This document shows positions 56,001 through 64,000 of a stretch of 64,000 nt of DNA, in pieces (the stretch's first letter is position 1; each line of letters starts with the position of its first letter). Position numbers and translations under genes: made by a program. The notes below the pieces were generated by a model. That model was not told the origin of the DNA, did no database searches, and saw nothing but the letters and a program-made list of their open reading frames with translations. This DNA is from Phoronis australis (taxonomy: Eukaryota > Animalia > Phoronida), in NCBI GenBank assembly GCA_002633005.1, contig NMRA01000029.1, positions 353,707 through 417,706 on the forward strand. Direction: 5' to 3'.

Positions 56001-58892
56001 GTGTGTTACACTGTAAAATCTTGAAAAATAGCGAGTAAAAAACAATAACATAAGTTCATAAAGACGATGGTTGAAATCCTATGCAATCATGATGTTGAAT
56101 GTGATGCCAAAGAGACAACAGACGATAGACCCGGTAGCACAAAAAAGCAAACTGTTTACTTTATTTACACAAAAATTACAATCTAACAAATCAAACTTAA
56201 ATATTGTTTATAAGAATAGATGTACAGCGCAGAAGAAAAAAACAAACTACTGCGCTTTTGCTAAAAAAATTAGCATTAACTGGGCATTAACCCTACGTAG
56301 GGTCAGACAGAAGACTAATTACAAGTGTTGGCATGGTGGTGACAGAGCCCGGTGTTGCAATTATGCAACATGGCTTTTCAGGACAAGCAAACTTAGATAA
56401 CAGAACATTATTCAAACTAAGGTTTACACCAGTAAATAACATGACATTTAATGGTTTGAATCCAATATATTACAGTAATAAATTTACCTGGACTGTGTAG
56501 AGCATGTCTTTGCCTTTTGCTCATAGGACAGCTTCCAACATGGCGGCAGACATCTTGAATTTCTAATTCTAATAGTTAGCTCATTTCTCAAGAGAGGTCC
56601 CTCACATTGTAGCATTACTGCAACAATGGGCCTTGGAGGGTGCGCAATCAATAACAGGAGTGGAAAATGATTTGAGGGTTAATTATAGATTGTCAAAAGT
56701 GGTGTTGCAATATTACAACGTGGGGCCTTCCAGGGTTTTAACAGAAATTGAGTTCTAAAACGATGTTATGTTTTGGACGAACGAATTGGGTGTTTTAATT
56801 TTAAAATTCAACTTGGTCCAGATTGATTTTTGAAATCTAACACATGAAATAGACGTAAGAATTATTACAACCAAGAAAGCACTGATGATCAAATAATTTT
56901 TATTTTCAATTACGAGCCTGGTTTTTAATTTTAATAAAAATATATTTAATAACATCAATTATTCTTTCAGACCAATGACAAATCAACTGTTAGTCCCAGT
57001 GAGTGCATAGGATCAGGCTATGCTTGATGTTAACATTCTTGATCAACAAATTAAACCATATGTGACTAATTGCACATGACAGACACCACTGTCGAATATG
57101 TCTTCAACTCGTCAACAATACGAGCAGATGACCTGGTCCGCGTAGAAAATATTTTGATCAACAATTTACAAGAAAAAACGTAACCCTGCATTCAGCATAA
57201 TACCTAATCCGTAACACTACGATCGCAGCAATTTGGTCATATTTACTTTTCATGTTTCGAACCTAGTTTTCTGAAAAAAATTAAACCCTTTCGTCAGACA
57301 ACTCTTTGGCGCCTTAACTTGTTCTCTAATGTAATTTTCTGCGTCTCTGTGGTTAATTGTCGACACATCATTAAAATTTAATATCCAGGTTGGACTCGTA
57401 AGACCGGCTATTTAACTCACGCAATGTCTACTTTCGCTTTGTTTATCGCAGTGAGCCTCGCTTTGGATCTTAATGGCCGCCGCGTGAATAGAGTCTATAG
57501 GGGGCTGGGGGCTATAGCCCCCCATTTTTTAAGTGTTGCGCTGCCCATGGTCTATGGGCGATGCACCACGGGGGGCTACGGCCCCCACTTTTTCCAGTGA
57601 TGCGCCACCCATGTAGATATAGAGGCTAAAGGCAGTCTAAGGGCAAGACGGGGCACAGCGATAGTCGAGTGGTTCCGAAAATTCGCTCCTGTCGTTCCAT
57701 CCATGATAAATATGTCTGCAAAGTTTCACGAGAATCCGTCAAGGCGGGGCACTGGACGTCGCACGGACGGAGGAGGATGACGGCATACTGCACCAACATA
57801 CAAATATGTGGTGCATAGACTCAAACCAGTCAAACCTTAATATTTTTAGCGGCCGACACCAAACTTTAAAAATGGCCACCGGAAATACAAAACAGCTGAT
57901 TTCACCTGGCGGCAAAATTTGAAAGCCGTGACGCCGGTGTTTCCCGACGAGGCCCATTGCGAGGATCGTAGTATGCTGAATCGTATGATCTCCCCAACCT
58001 AATGAAATGCAATTAATCCACTATTGAGGAATTAATAAACCATTTCTGACTCCGTCAATAAAAAATAATAGTATGCTCCAAAGACCAATCCGTGAAACTG
58101 AACGCCGTCTTTACTAGACTATAAAGAGTTGGAGTCTTACCAAAGATATCGCATTTTTCGCCAGACCAACACGGGCAACACGAAGGTGATGCGCCACAGT
58201 CGTTATTCTTGCAAGGTCTGTAATAAGTGGAAGAATTGTGAGTACAAGGGTGACAAGGCGAACAGCAGACAAAAACCGGCCAGGGGACTAGTCTCGCTGG
58301 TTCCCTGAGTGTAAATAACACGTAGGTATCATTCAGTAGCACGCGTTTTATCACTTCATGTAACCTCGGCATCAGTCTTGATTGGTTTGTTTTAAGAAAG
58401 AAAACGACGGACTATGAACGATTTTTAGCCTGGTCATGCAAGTTGCGTAACAGCAACTACCCGGTATTTCGTTTCTGCCGTTACGGTTACTGAATAAAGA
58501 AGAGTGCTTGAAGCACACACATCAGTGTACCGGGCCGATTTAACCCGGTGCCGTTGCTCATACTAAGTGAATACAGGACAGCAACCAAAACAAAAGTCAC
58601 CGACAGTAGAAAAATGCACTCCGAAAAGGCGCAACCACAAGTTTCTGGTATTCACATTTCTTGAACCAAGCACCGGTTTGTCTATATAACAGACCACACT
58701 TTTCTACCGGCACTTCGTCCATCACTCATGCCAGTTTGTTGGCGAAAAGCGCTACCTGTTGAGAATTTGAACAGCCAACCAGAAAAAATTCGCGAGGATG
58801 ATACCTGCGTGTGTTCTACCACCGTCTAGCGACAAGCAGGGAACTAGCCGGAGTGTGACTATACTGAGTCTTCTCTCGCTACAGGCCGCCAT
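17814..58892 (-). CDS. 26-exon gene for a ~1786-aa secreted modular protein (EGF-like, cadherin, furin site, 7 unnamed repeats, beta-sandwich-like domain, F5/8C-like domain, C-terminal domain)
   Basis: All 25 introns are GT-AG and phase-compatible. Summed exon length is 5361 nt (1787 codons) with a single terminal TGA. Exon 1 is the least certain. Confidence 0.82.
19192..19493 (-). CDS. Giant gene exon 25 (C-terminal domain)
   Basis: tttcag|SLKSVCSYTSNGTTWQKVDARV...TYTYG|gtaagt, phase 2-1. Confidence 0.83.
20554..20623 (-). CDS. Giant gene exon 24 (absent from the ORF track)
   Basis: tttgtag|YVRRSFLRCGTSLYVCDLQRIT|gtaggc, phase 1-2, bridging exons 23 and 25. Confidence 0.78.
21257..21449 (-). 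CDS. Giant gene exon 23 (end of F5/8C-like domain)
   Basis: tttgtag|ILLDGS...LTSPIEARLVRL...GLKVELYGC...|gtaaaa. PI-AR-VR and L-ELYGC are F5/8C hallmarks. Confidence 0.88.
21855..22027 (-). CDS. Giant gene exon 22 (F5/8C-like core)
   Basis: ctaccag|GWQ...HVTVDFFNVKRVITLGV...VTSLQLTHSMDGLVW|gtgaat. Matches the discoidin W...VDF...VT...S-DG--W pattern. Confidence 0.85.
22330..22434 (-). CDS. Giant gene exon 21 (start of F5/8C-like domain)
   Basis: attacag|CSVTEPLVQPVNPCQLQMS...|gtattt, phase 1-1. Confidence 0.8.
24130..24328 (-). CDS. Giant gene exon 20
   Basis: cttccag|LSRLYFTDAVRFNLTV...SQAA|gtacaa, phase 0-1. Confidence 0.8.
24593..24724 (+). repeat. Minisatellite, six 22-bp units (RAGTGCACGTCCATACTGTGGG)
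   Basis: Read directly. Confidence 0.9.
26556..26727 (-). CDS. Giant gene exon 19 (beta-sandwich-like domain)
   Basis: tttgcaag|EDILVMGQLSHNDSSTAE...VTVT|gtaagg, phase 2-0. Confidence 0.8.
27638..27881 (-). CDS. Giant gene exon 18 (end of repeat 7, start of next domain)
   Basis: ttttctag|SYYGKPGYSAADDLFTLNV...ETPVVHFEV...YAA|gtaagc, phase 1-2. Confidence 0.85.
28601..28898 (-). CDS. Giant gene exon 17 (repeat 7, first half)
   Basis: ttttcag|INPSLDIFQ...SGRNLPC...ADLGIVANS|gtgggt, phase 0-1. Confidence 0.85.
28986..29048 (+). repeat. (GT)n microsatellite preceded by GATA/GAGA repeats
   Basis: Read directly. Confidence 0.97.
29692..29850 (-). CDS. Giant gene exon 16 (repeat 6, end)
   Basis: ctacag|VSVLVVAQV...LYAGQISMAV...INGG|gtgagt, phase 0-0. 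Confidence 0.85.
30383..30473 (-). CDS. Giant gene exon 15 (repeat 6, middle; absent from the ORF track)
   Basis: gtttcag|NNSKTTDIGTLDLGTICRHPIDESKIDNDV|gtgaga, phase 2-0, carrying the repeat's LDLG motif. Confidence 0.82.
30571..30729. other. Assembly gap (N run)
   Basis: N run after a purine-rich tract. Confidence 0.97.
31623..31870 (-). CDS. Giant gene exon 14 (repeat 6, first part)
   Basis: tcgtcag|ASPNVKLVL...VALGG...VQICEVSVDSRGDNIPC...PTYTS|gtaatg, phase 0-2. Confidence 0.85.
33279..33460 (-). CDS. Giant gene exon 13 (repeat 5, second half)
   Basis: ttttag|TGSLSNSTLFDEDSVKFAV...PIAS|gtacag, phase 1-0. Confidence 0.82.
33541..33787 (-). mobile_element. tRNA-derived SINE with 14-bp target-site duplication
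   Basis: Minus-strand head GAGGAGACAGTGTGGCCTGGTTGATAAG (A box) ... GGTTCAAGTCCC (B box), then CCCTTGAG and a T-rich tail. CTAACTACTTAATA is repeated at 33527-33540 and 33788-33801. Confidence 0.82.
35948..36212 (-). CDS. Giant gene exon 12 (repeat 5, first half)
   Basis: tattacag|NSEKPMLFV...ICLIKILEAGANLPC...LTNI|gtatgt, phase 0-1. Confidence 0.85.
36233..36478 (+). repeat. Minisatellite, six 41-bp units (AATGTAAGGCTATCTAGCMCCTTATTGATAAGTTTGTGCAT)
   Basis: Read directly; units are nearly identical. Confidence 0.95.
37516..37762 (-). CDS. Giant gene exon 11 (repeat 4, second half)
   Basis: cctaccag|YSSPLHDQAQVNLGGL...IYVGEAEFTV...LPA|gtaagc, phase 2-0. Confidence 0.85.
38568..39200 (+). 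mobile_element. Second, diverged copy of the same SINE, split by ~400 bp of extra sequence
   Basis: Head GAGGAGACAGTGAGGCC...GGTCGTGGGTATGAGTCCC...CCCTTGAG at 38568-38690. The 3' part TAATAAAGCATAAA...ATCAGTGCAATGGGCCC...GTCTGGTACAA...TGCAATT at 39098-39200 matches copy 1. Confidence 0.72.
39317..39567 (-). CDS. Giant gene exon 10 (repeat 4, first half)
   Basis: tttatag|GKDDISVALRYG...IPIGG...VMSACKVDISFIGKNLAC...|gtaaac, phase 0-2. Confidence 0.85.
40463..42239 (-). mobile_element. Non-autonomous Kolobok-type DNA transposon with frameshifted THAP domain
   Basis: TTAA|AGGAGAATGCCAC...GTGGCATTCTCCT|TTAA. Minus strand 42088-~41806 reads MVWCIVPFCEN...(fs)...LRICGRHF (THAP C2CH). TTAA TSD, AGG termini and THAP together fit Kolobok. 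Confidence 0.82.
42399..42704 (-). other. Second, apparently identical copy of exon 9 (probable contig-overlap artefact)
   Basis: 42203-42719 repeats 42721-43237 across the single N at 42720; differences seen only in the intronic part. Confidence 0.75.
42916..43221 (-). CDS. Giant gene exon 9 (repeat 3, second part)
   Basis: tttattcag|YDLGANV...ISFGLL...VWVSSGIEV...LWIGQFNL...IPP|gtaggt, phase 0-0. Confidence 0.85.
43727..43903 (-). CDS. Giant gene exon 8 (repeat 3, first part)
   Basis: ttgcag|SSTPTFKN...VTIGQSVLFEFTL...QVCSMK|gtataa, phase 0-0. Confidence 0.82.
44360..44547 (-). CDS. Giant gene exon 7 (repeat 2, second half)
   Basis: attatag|RLGSTAADDSLLKFKV...RIWAGQFNVTI...PPL|gtaggt, phase 1-0. 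Confidence 0.85.
44937..46359 (+). mobile_element. Related Kolobok-type element in opposite orientation, THAP frame open
   Basis: TTAA|AGGAGAATGCCACCC...GGGTGGCATTCTCCT|TTAA. ORF 45065-45397 includes LWCIVPVCPN...RKWLAVV...LRVCGRHL. Co-linear with the 40463-42239 element. Confidence 0.82.
47086..47395 (-). CDS. Giant gene exon 6 (repeat 2, first half)
   Basis: ttttcag|KETSQLPEVNLGGPSSVEIG...LDLGTVVQA|gtgagt, phase 0-1. Confidence 0.85.
49241..49459 (-). CDS. Giant gene exon 5 (repeat 1, second half)
   Basis: tttatcaag|NNHAVFNFGDI...HWISAGLEH...IWIGQTSMAVLTD|gtgagt. Confidence 0.85.
49661..49966 (-). CDS. Giant gene exon 4 (repeat 1, first half)
   Basis: ttttcag|INFTGPAVPG...SSRVNTSDK|gtgctt, phase 0-0. 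Confidence 0.85.
51455..51657 (-). pseudogene. Degenerate THAP-domain remnant of a different transposon family
   Basis: MRYYCCAVGCN...VKFFTFP...RRS...FTP; the C-terminal CxxHF is lost and no termini were identified. Confidence 0.55.
52561..52925 (-). CDS. Giant gene exon 3, cadherin domain followed by RHRR
   Basis: DNKFYPTF...VGSLVYTVSADDED...IHYIL...FSIDESTGDIRST...LVVEARN. Acceptor attttcag, donor gtaagt. Confidence 0.9.
54011..54676 (+). mobile_element. Possible PIF/Harbinger 5' fragment
   Basis: GCCGATTTCATAAA start, clustered AAACCTGGTTT/AGACCAGGTTTAA subterminal repeats, and broken peptide traces PRRVF / RAKMDYL / KRYGF-KDSI resembling a Harbinger transposase N-terminus. Confidence 0.33.
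54681..56735 (-). mobile_element. Decayed piggyBac-like element
   Basis: Termini CCCCAGAAGGCCC (54681) and GGGCCTTCCAGGG (56735) next to ATAA / TTTTAA, enclosing a transposase remnant. Confidence 0.7.
55150..55790 (-). pseudogene. piggyBac (PGBD-like) transposase C-terminal remnant with stops and frameshifts
   Basis: Manual translation: GRCSFEE...IVHWYGNKPVSIKSPFVGASP...VRIW...NKFM/GLDLLDAL...RWYLYLFW...VVNLW, then Cys-rich tail DVSYNGVG...HCKYC...VCEK...NCF. Confidence 0.85.
58141..58217 (-). CDS. Giant gene exon 2, EGF-like Cys module (PCKNNDCGASPSCCPCWSGEKCDIF)
   Basis: Acceptor ttcttccacttattacag, donor G|gtaaga. The join to exon 3 creates the cadherin linker-like DIFDNKFYPTF. Confidence 0.75.
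58756..58892 (-). CDS. Giant gene, candidate exon 1 (N-terminus with hydrophobic stretch GIILANFFWLAVQIL)
   Basis: ATG context tccATGG; donor AG|gtagcg (weak), phase 2, compatible with exon 2. Confidence 0.45.
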
Positions 58893-59122
58893 GGAAAAAA
58901 GCCGACAAGAAGAGTGCGCAACCAAATCCGTCACAATGAACAACTCGGTAGGCCTATCGTCAGCCGGGTTGAAATTTTCAATACGTCACACTGGGTAGCA
59001 TGGGGAAATCATTCCTGTTCGACTAGAGTCAATGTCCTATGCCAGTCGGAAACTAGGTACATGTGCATTGCCTATATCTGAAAAACTTGTCGACAAATTT
59101 TTTTGAGAAATTTATTTCGAGT

Positions 59123-59137
59123 ATTGGCGCATGCGCC
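59123..59137. promoter_or_regulatory. NRF-1-type palindrome (GCGCATGCGC) overlapping a CCAAT, ~230 bp upstream of candidate exon 1
   Basis: ATTGGCGCATGCGCC read directly; function is inferred only. Confidence 0.3.
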
Positions 59138-62100
59138 TAAATACGTGCACGTGCGGTAAACATCAAAATGCAAATGATAGAGAAATTACGATTCTTTAAG
59201 TCTCATAGTTGTGACTGTTTGATCGCATTTCTAATTCATGCAGAAACAAACATATACCAGGTAGGCAAAAATGTTACCGGTACATATATATTGCACTATT
59301 TTTATGTTTGAATGTATTTCTTTCAAAACTATGTCATAAAAACTTCTCACTTGAGTTCCCACAAAAATAGAACAGAAATGGTTCCATTTTGATTACAGAT
59401 ATTAGACCCCGGGCCCTGAACAAAATTCAGTGATGACGTTTTGAATCCCCATGGCACAGCTTGTTTCTGAGTCAGGCAAATTAAAGTCGATTCCTTCGAC
59501 TTTCGCGACCAGTGTTTGTTTTCAGGGTCTTTACGGCTGTGGATTTTTGCTCTAAACTCAGTCTTTCATGAAATGTTAAAAGCAAGTAGTTATCAGGGAT
59601 AGACCAAGTGATTGTGCCGGCCATTGAATGCCAATGCGACACGAGATAACCTTGTCCAAGAAAATAGGAAATACCAGTCACCAAGGCGAGACCGGATCCC
59701 GCACGATGCTCGTACATTTCTGTGTTGGTTTACGAATTATTAGTAAACGAGGGAATTACCGATGAAGGTACTGCAATGAAACATTCCACCTATGTGAGGT
59801 TGCACCACCCCGTTCATAAATGACAATATTCAAAAAGACTACCTGCTTTCTCTGGTCATGCTTTCTTAAAACTTGATTTTCAATATCCATTTACTGCGTC
59901 CCTGATCAATGATGTCAAAAGCCTCCATTAGCGTCAACGAACTGCACGATGATTTCTCTCGGGTTGTGCTCCGTGGAGCACGTTTATAGGGAAAATGAGA
60001 TCACACAAGTCTTCGCTAGATACCAACCCAGCATGCATTACAAGAGAAGCACGTGATCACATTAGTCTTACTCGCGAGTGTCTTGCATGTACGGAACGCG
60101 CCCATGGGAACTCGGGGTTAAACAAACAGATGCATGGGTAATATTCAGAAACGAATATACTTCATAAAGAGTACAGAGTGACATTGTATCGGCAATAAAT
60201 CTCTGCGCGTTGTTTCTGTCTGTGCTATATACTTATCTATTGATTTTTGCCAGGAGAAAATTAATTTTCTGGTTAAGGAATCTGAACACCTTCAGATGAG
60301 GTATTGGAGCAGAGACTCACATTATACAAAAATATTCCACCGTTACACAGAAGATGTATACCAACCCGCCCAGAACTCCAACCACACTCGTGCACTCTCA
60401 CCACAGACAATTTCTAGTGCAAGTAAACGGAAAAAAAAAAACACATAGAAACTGGGTCGCGCACTTTGGTTCCTTGCACTTAAAATTTGTCTGTTGTATT
60501 TTTGTGTATTGTAAGAATGCAGAGGCGAGTGACAGTGTATACACCTGAAGCGAAAATTGTTTTTCATCGCGTTACGGAAGTAGGTTCTAGTTGAAGTTAT
60601 CTAGGATCCTGGCAAATGTCCAAATTCAGCCAACTTCGGAACATCATGTCTCAGAAATGGGTTGTCGGGTTCAACTGAAATTTTTAGATAATATGCTTTT
60701 TTTGCACTGTTCTCTAAAAAGCTGTTAGGAATTATTTTTAAAATGTTCCATTTTTGTATGAGGGCCAATCAAAAGCAAGACTTTCATGATTTCATGAAGA
60801 AAGTCGAAAACGAAATGAAAATTTTGAAAACAGTAGCAGCGTTTTTGAGATTTCATCTTAAAAACTAACAGAATGTGTTCATGTTTGTTTCCTTGCTATA
60901 AATGTACCAATACTTTATTTCTAAATTTTCCTAAAAACTTGGCCCTTTGACCCAATTATTGACAGATCAGTGGAAATTCAAAAATCAGATTCTACAGGCT
61001 TTCCACTTTCAGAAAATATATATTAAAGTGAAGTTTTGAACATATTTGGGCCAATTAAACACTTGTTGATAAGATCATACAGAACATTAATCTTCACGAA
61101 TCAAACTGTAAGCAAATAAATAAATAAATAAATAAATACTCAGAGTTTCACCATTAGATGTAAAGTTTTGAGCTAAATGGCATTTAAAGAGGAGTTGTAC
61201 ACTTTCATATTTTTGAAAGTTGAAAACTTTTTGCAGTAGCACCCATTTTTTTCTCAAAATATTGACATTTTATCAAAACAATAAATTCTGGGGAGACATT
61301 ACTTCGCTTACGCCCACAATAGATTTGGCTTACGTAGCAAATGACATGACTATGTCTGCACGAGTGACATCTACTAATTATGCTTTTGTTGTGCTGGAGT
61401 TGAACAGCATATAATTAATCAGATCCCATTCATGTTGGTCAACACAATCGTAGTCTCGCTCTCGATCGTCATTGATCACATTGTAATTTCAATAATTTAA
61501 AGAATTGCTCAATAACGTCACTGTTTCACGATATTGATTTTAGTTGCGCTAACAACATGGCACTGAAATCTAGGCGCTGAACCGGAGGCATACTTCCATG
61601 TGTAGCATTCAACAATATTCACTTAGTGGATGCCACATTGTAAACGAGCCCATATTGTCTTCACTAACTTGCTAAGATTCTAGTGCATTAATTACACATG
61701 ATTATAGAACCCCATTACCGCGTGAGCGTTTGCACGCGCGCGTGTTTAGATTTGTGAATCAATGTTAAGAGTACATGTTATTTTTTATTCCTGTATAACT
61801 GTACAGCGGCCTGTTAACGATGAATAAATCTACCGGTAATCCAGTTATTGGCATTTTTTATCAGTCACTCTCTTAGTCACTCCTGGACTACAGTTCAAGT
61901 ATTTGATGACAATCATTCACCAATATAAATTATACAATATTGATATCCGTGTTCCAACTGAATGTCCGAGGTCTATATCATCACCGCCGAACTGACAAGA
62001 TGGAGCTCAGGACCACAACTCGGCCCGACACCGGACCCGTCCACTAATCGATATGAGCGGGGGATAGTCAGCGTGATGAGAATACTAGGGCAATTAGCTG

Positions 62101-62316
62101 GGATAAGGTGCATTTTTTAAGTGACTGTTACAGATTTGGATCGCTTTATTACTATTTTGACATTAATTTTCGCGTGTCAGTTCATACTACATGGGTATAG
62201 AAAATACGATGAGAGTTTACTATTTTTGCTTGGAATAAGTTTCGGCACGTCATGAATACTGGTGTGATTTTAAAACGTTTTCAAAATCGGCGGCTCCGGC
62301 TAATAAGCAACAATCA

Positions 62317-62402
<86 letters not shown>
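62317..62402 (+). repeat. (AAT)n microsatellite
   Basis: Read directly. Confidence 0.97.
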
Positions 62403-63706
62403 GGTCATGTTTCAACCTCTTGTAAATGGGGCACAATTTCTGGCTCTTGGTATAATAAATATGGTTCGTATTTTTCATTTCGGGCAGGTATGCACACTGC
62501 TCAGATTTGGATGCCAAGCTACATCCCAATCAGAAAGATAACTGCCCCGGGGCTAAAGACTTCGCTCCCTCAGGGTCTTGGCCCCTATAGTAAAAAAAAC
62601 ATGAGTGTCATAGGCAATGAAAGGACTTTAAATTAAATTCAAATCTTAGAGCTTGTTAAGGCTCCGGTTAGGGGGGCATGTCGGTATGGCACTTGACATG
62701 TTTGTACACCACCATAGCGTGGGTGAATAAACGAATTTATACCCTGTTAGCACTAATAAACGCAAATTCATTAGCGAGTCCGTTCGGGGAAAATTGACAC
62801 CGTAAATGAAGAAAACACTACAACCCTTTGTTTTAAGTCGTTTTCTCTTCTAAAACAGAAATTATAAAGTCCGCTCATGTTCGAGCGCAATGTTTTGTAC
62901 TTACGTCTCACATGAACAGGTATCCGGGATATCTTGAGACGAGGCTGAAAATGAGATTACGTTTGAAAGAAATAAAATAACTGGCAACAGTGGTCATCTG
63001 TGCCCGCTTGCATGAAGCATTCCCAAATAGGGACTCAACTAAGTTCCCTGAATATTCTGGGTATTTGTGTCTTTCTTTAGTAACAGATGTCACCGTCTTT
63101 ACCACGAGCTCCTTTTTGACTAATGACATATTCTAAAAATAAATAAAAACAATCTCGATTTGCATCAAATTCAAACGTTGGCTTGGTAAAAAAAAACTTA
63201 AACAGCGACATAAATGACAATCGGTGTTTTCATAAGTCCACAAATACGCAAAAGGGACTGTTTCATGCAACCGGGCACTTAAGACCAAAGATATTGACCA
63301 GAATACCAAAAGAAGTCATGTCGTTTGAAAACTCACTCGTCTCAGATACTCTCACACGAAGTATGGAACTTATCTATTCTTTTACACATGACGTATGAAA
63401 GTTCTTGATTTGAACTAAAATATCATTTAGAACGTCAATGCCCGTCTCAAATCTTCGTTAACGTTTTTAAGGCTCAATGTGCTTATAAACATCGTGTAAA
63501 GAATTCAGTGGCCTGCGTAAAATTTAAAGCGTCAATAAACACGCCTTCCGTCATAAAAACGAACTTTCTATAATTATGAAATTAATCTAAAAATGTCTTG
63601 TCAAATTGAAATGATTCCATTCTGAGCCGCGAAGGAAATGACAGTTCGTAATTTGTTTGAGACTAGGTTCCACAAGATGGCGTATCACGACAGGGTTTCG
63701 TTTTCG

Positions 63707-63758
63707 GCAAGCATGATCGCAAGCATGATCGCAAGCATGATCGCAAGCATGATCGCAA
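63707..63758 (+). repeat. Four 12-bp units GCAAGCATGATC
   Basis: Read directly. Confidence 0.92.
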
Positions 63759-64000
63759 GGAAAAACAACGGTTTGTCACATTTATGCAAGCCCAAAGATC
63801 ACATCTCATCTGAGCATAGAACTCTGCGCTCCAGTTTCACGTTGAGATCTTCTTCGACGGAACGCGGGTAAATAGTCGCTTTAAATATCCACATACCAAC
63901 AAATTCACCTTGTGACGTCACCAGTAAACCAAGAACGAACAGGATTCCCGGCTAAAAAATAATGATTGATTATTAATGACAGTAAAACATAGAAACAAAC

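Larger units (their letters stand above)
53370..57496. mobile_element. DNA element with ~55-bp imperfect TIRs and apparent AT target duplication, carrying nested insertions
   Basis: Left AGACCCTATTCACGC...CCAAATCGAGGCTCGCTACGAT versus right (reverse complement) AGACTCTATTCACGC...CCAAAGCGAGGCTCACTGCGAT, flanked by AT on both sides. Confidence 0.62.

Noticed and set aside
62314-62529. Poly-Ile ORF, and the TH/CV-repeat ORFs at 28822-29211
   Set aside because: Translations of microsatellites.

Overview
Intron-rich animal (invertebrate, probably lophotrochozoan) genomic DNA with two N-gaps and three single-N contig joins. By hand-splicing I recover three genes. (1) The last coding exon of a NUAK-family kinase (44-1176, +). 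(2) A two-coding-exon gene for a ~163-aa secreted protein with a chitin-binding type-2-like Cys domain and a three-repeat tail (11258-13776, +). (3) A 26-exon gene on the minus strand (17814-58892) that splices phase-consistently into ~1786 aa: EGF-like module, a single cadherin domain, an RHRR furin site, seven ~150-175-aa beta-rich repeats I cannot assign to a named family, a further beta-sandwich-like domain, an F5/8 type C (discoidin)-like domain and a C-terminal domain ending in CCS. The introns hold two inverted Kolobok-type (TTAA, THAP) elements, two inverted tRNA-derived SINE copies, a multi-level nested transposon stack with a decayed piggyBac, MITEs and mini/microsatellites. Two apparent tandem duplications centred on single Ns are most likely assembly artefacts. 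All calls are from manual reading; no database searches were run.
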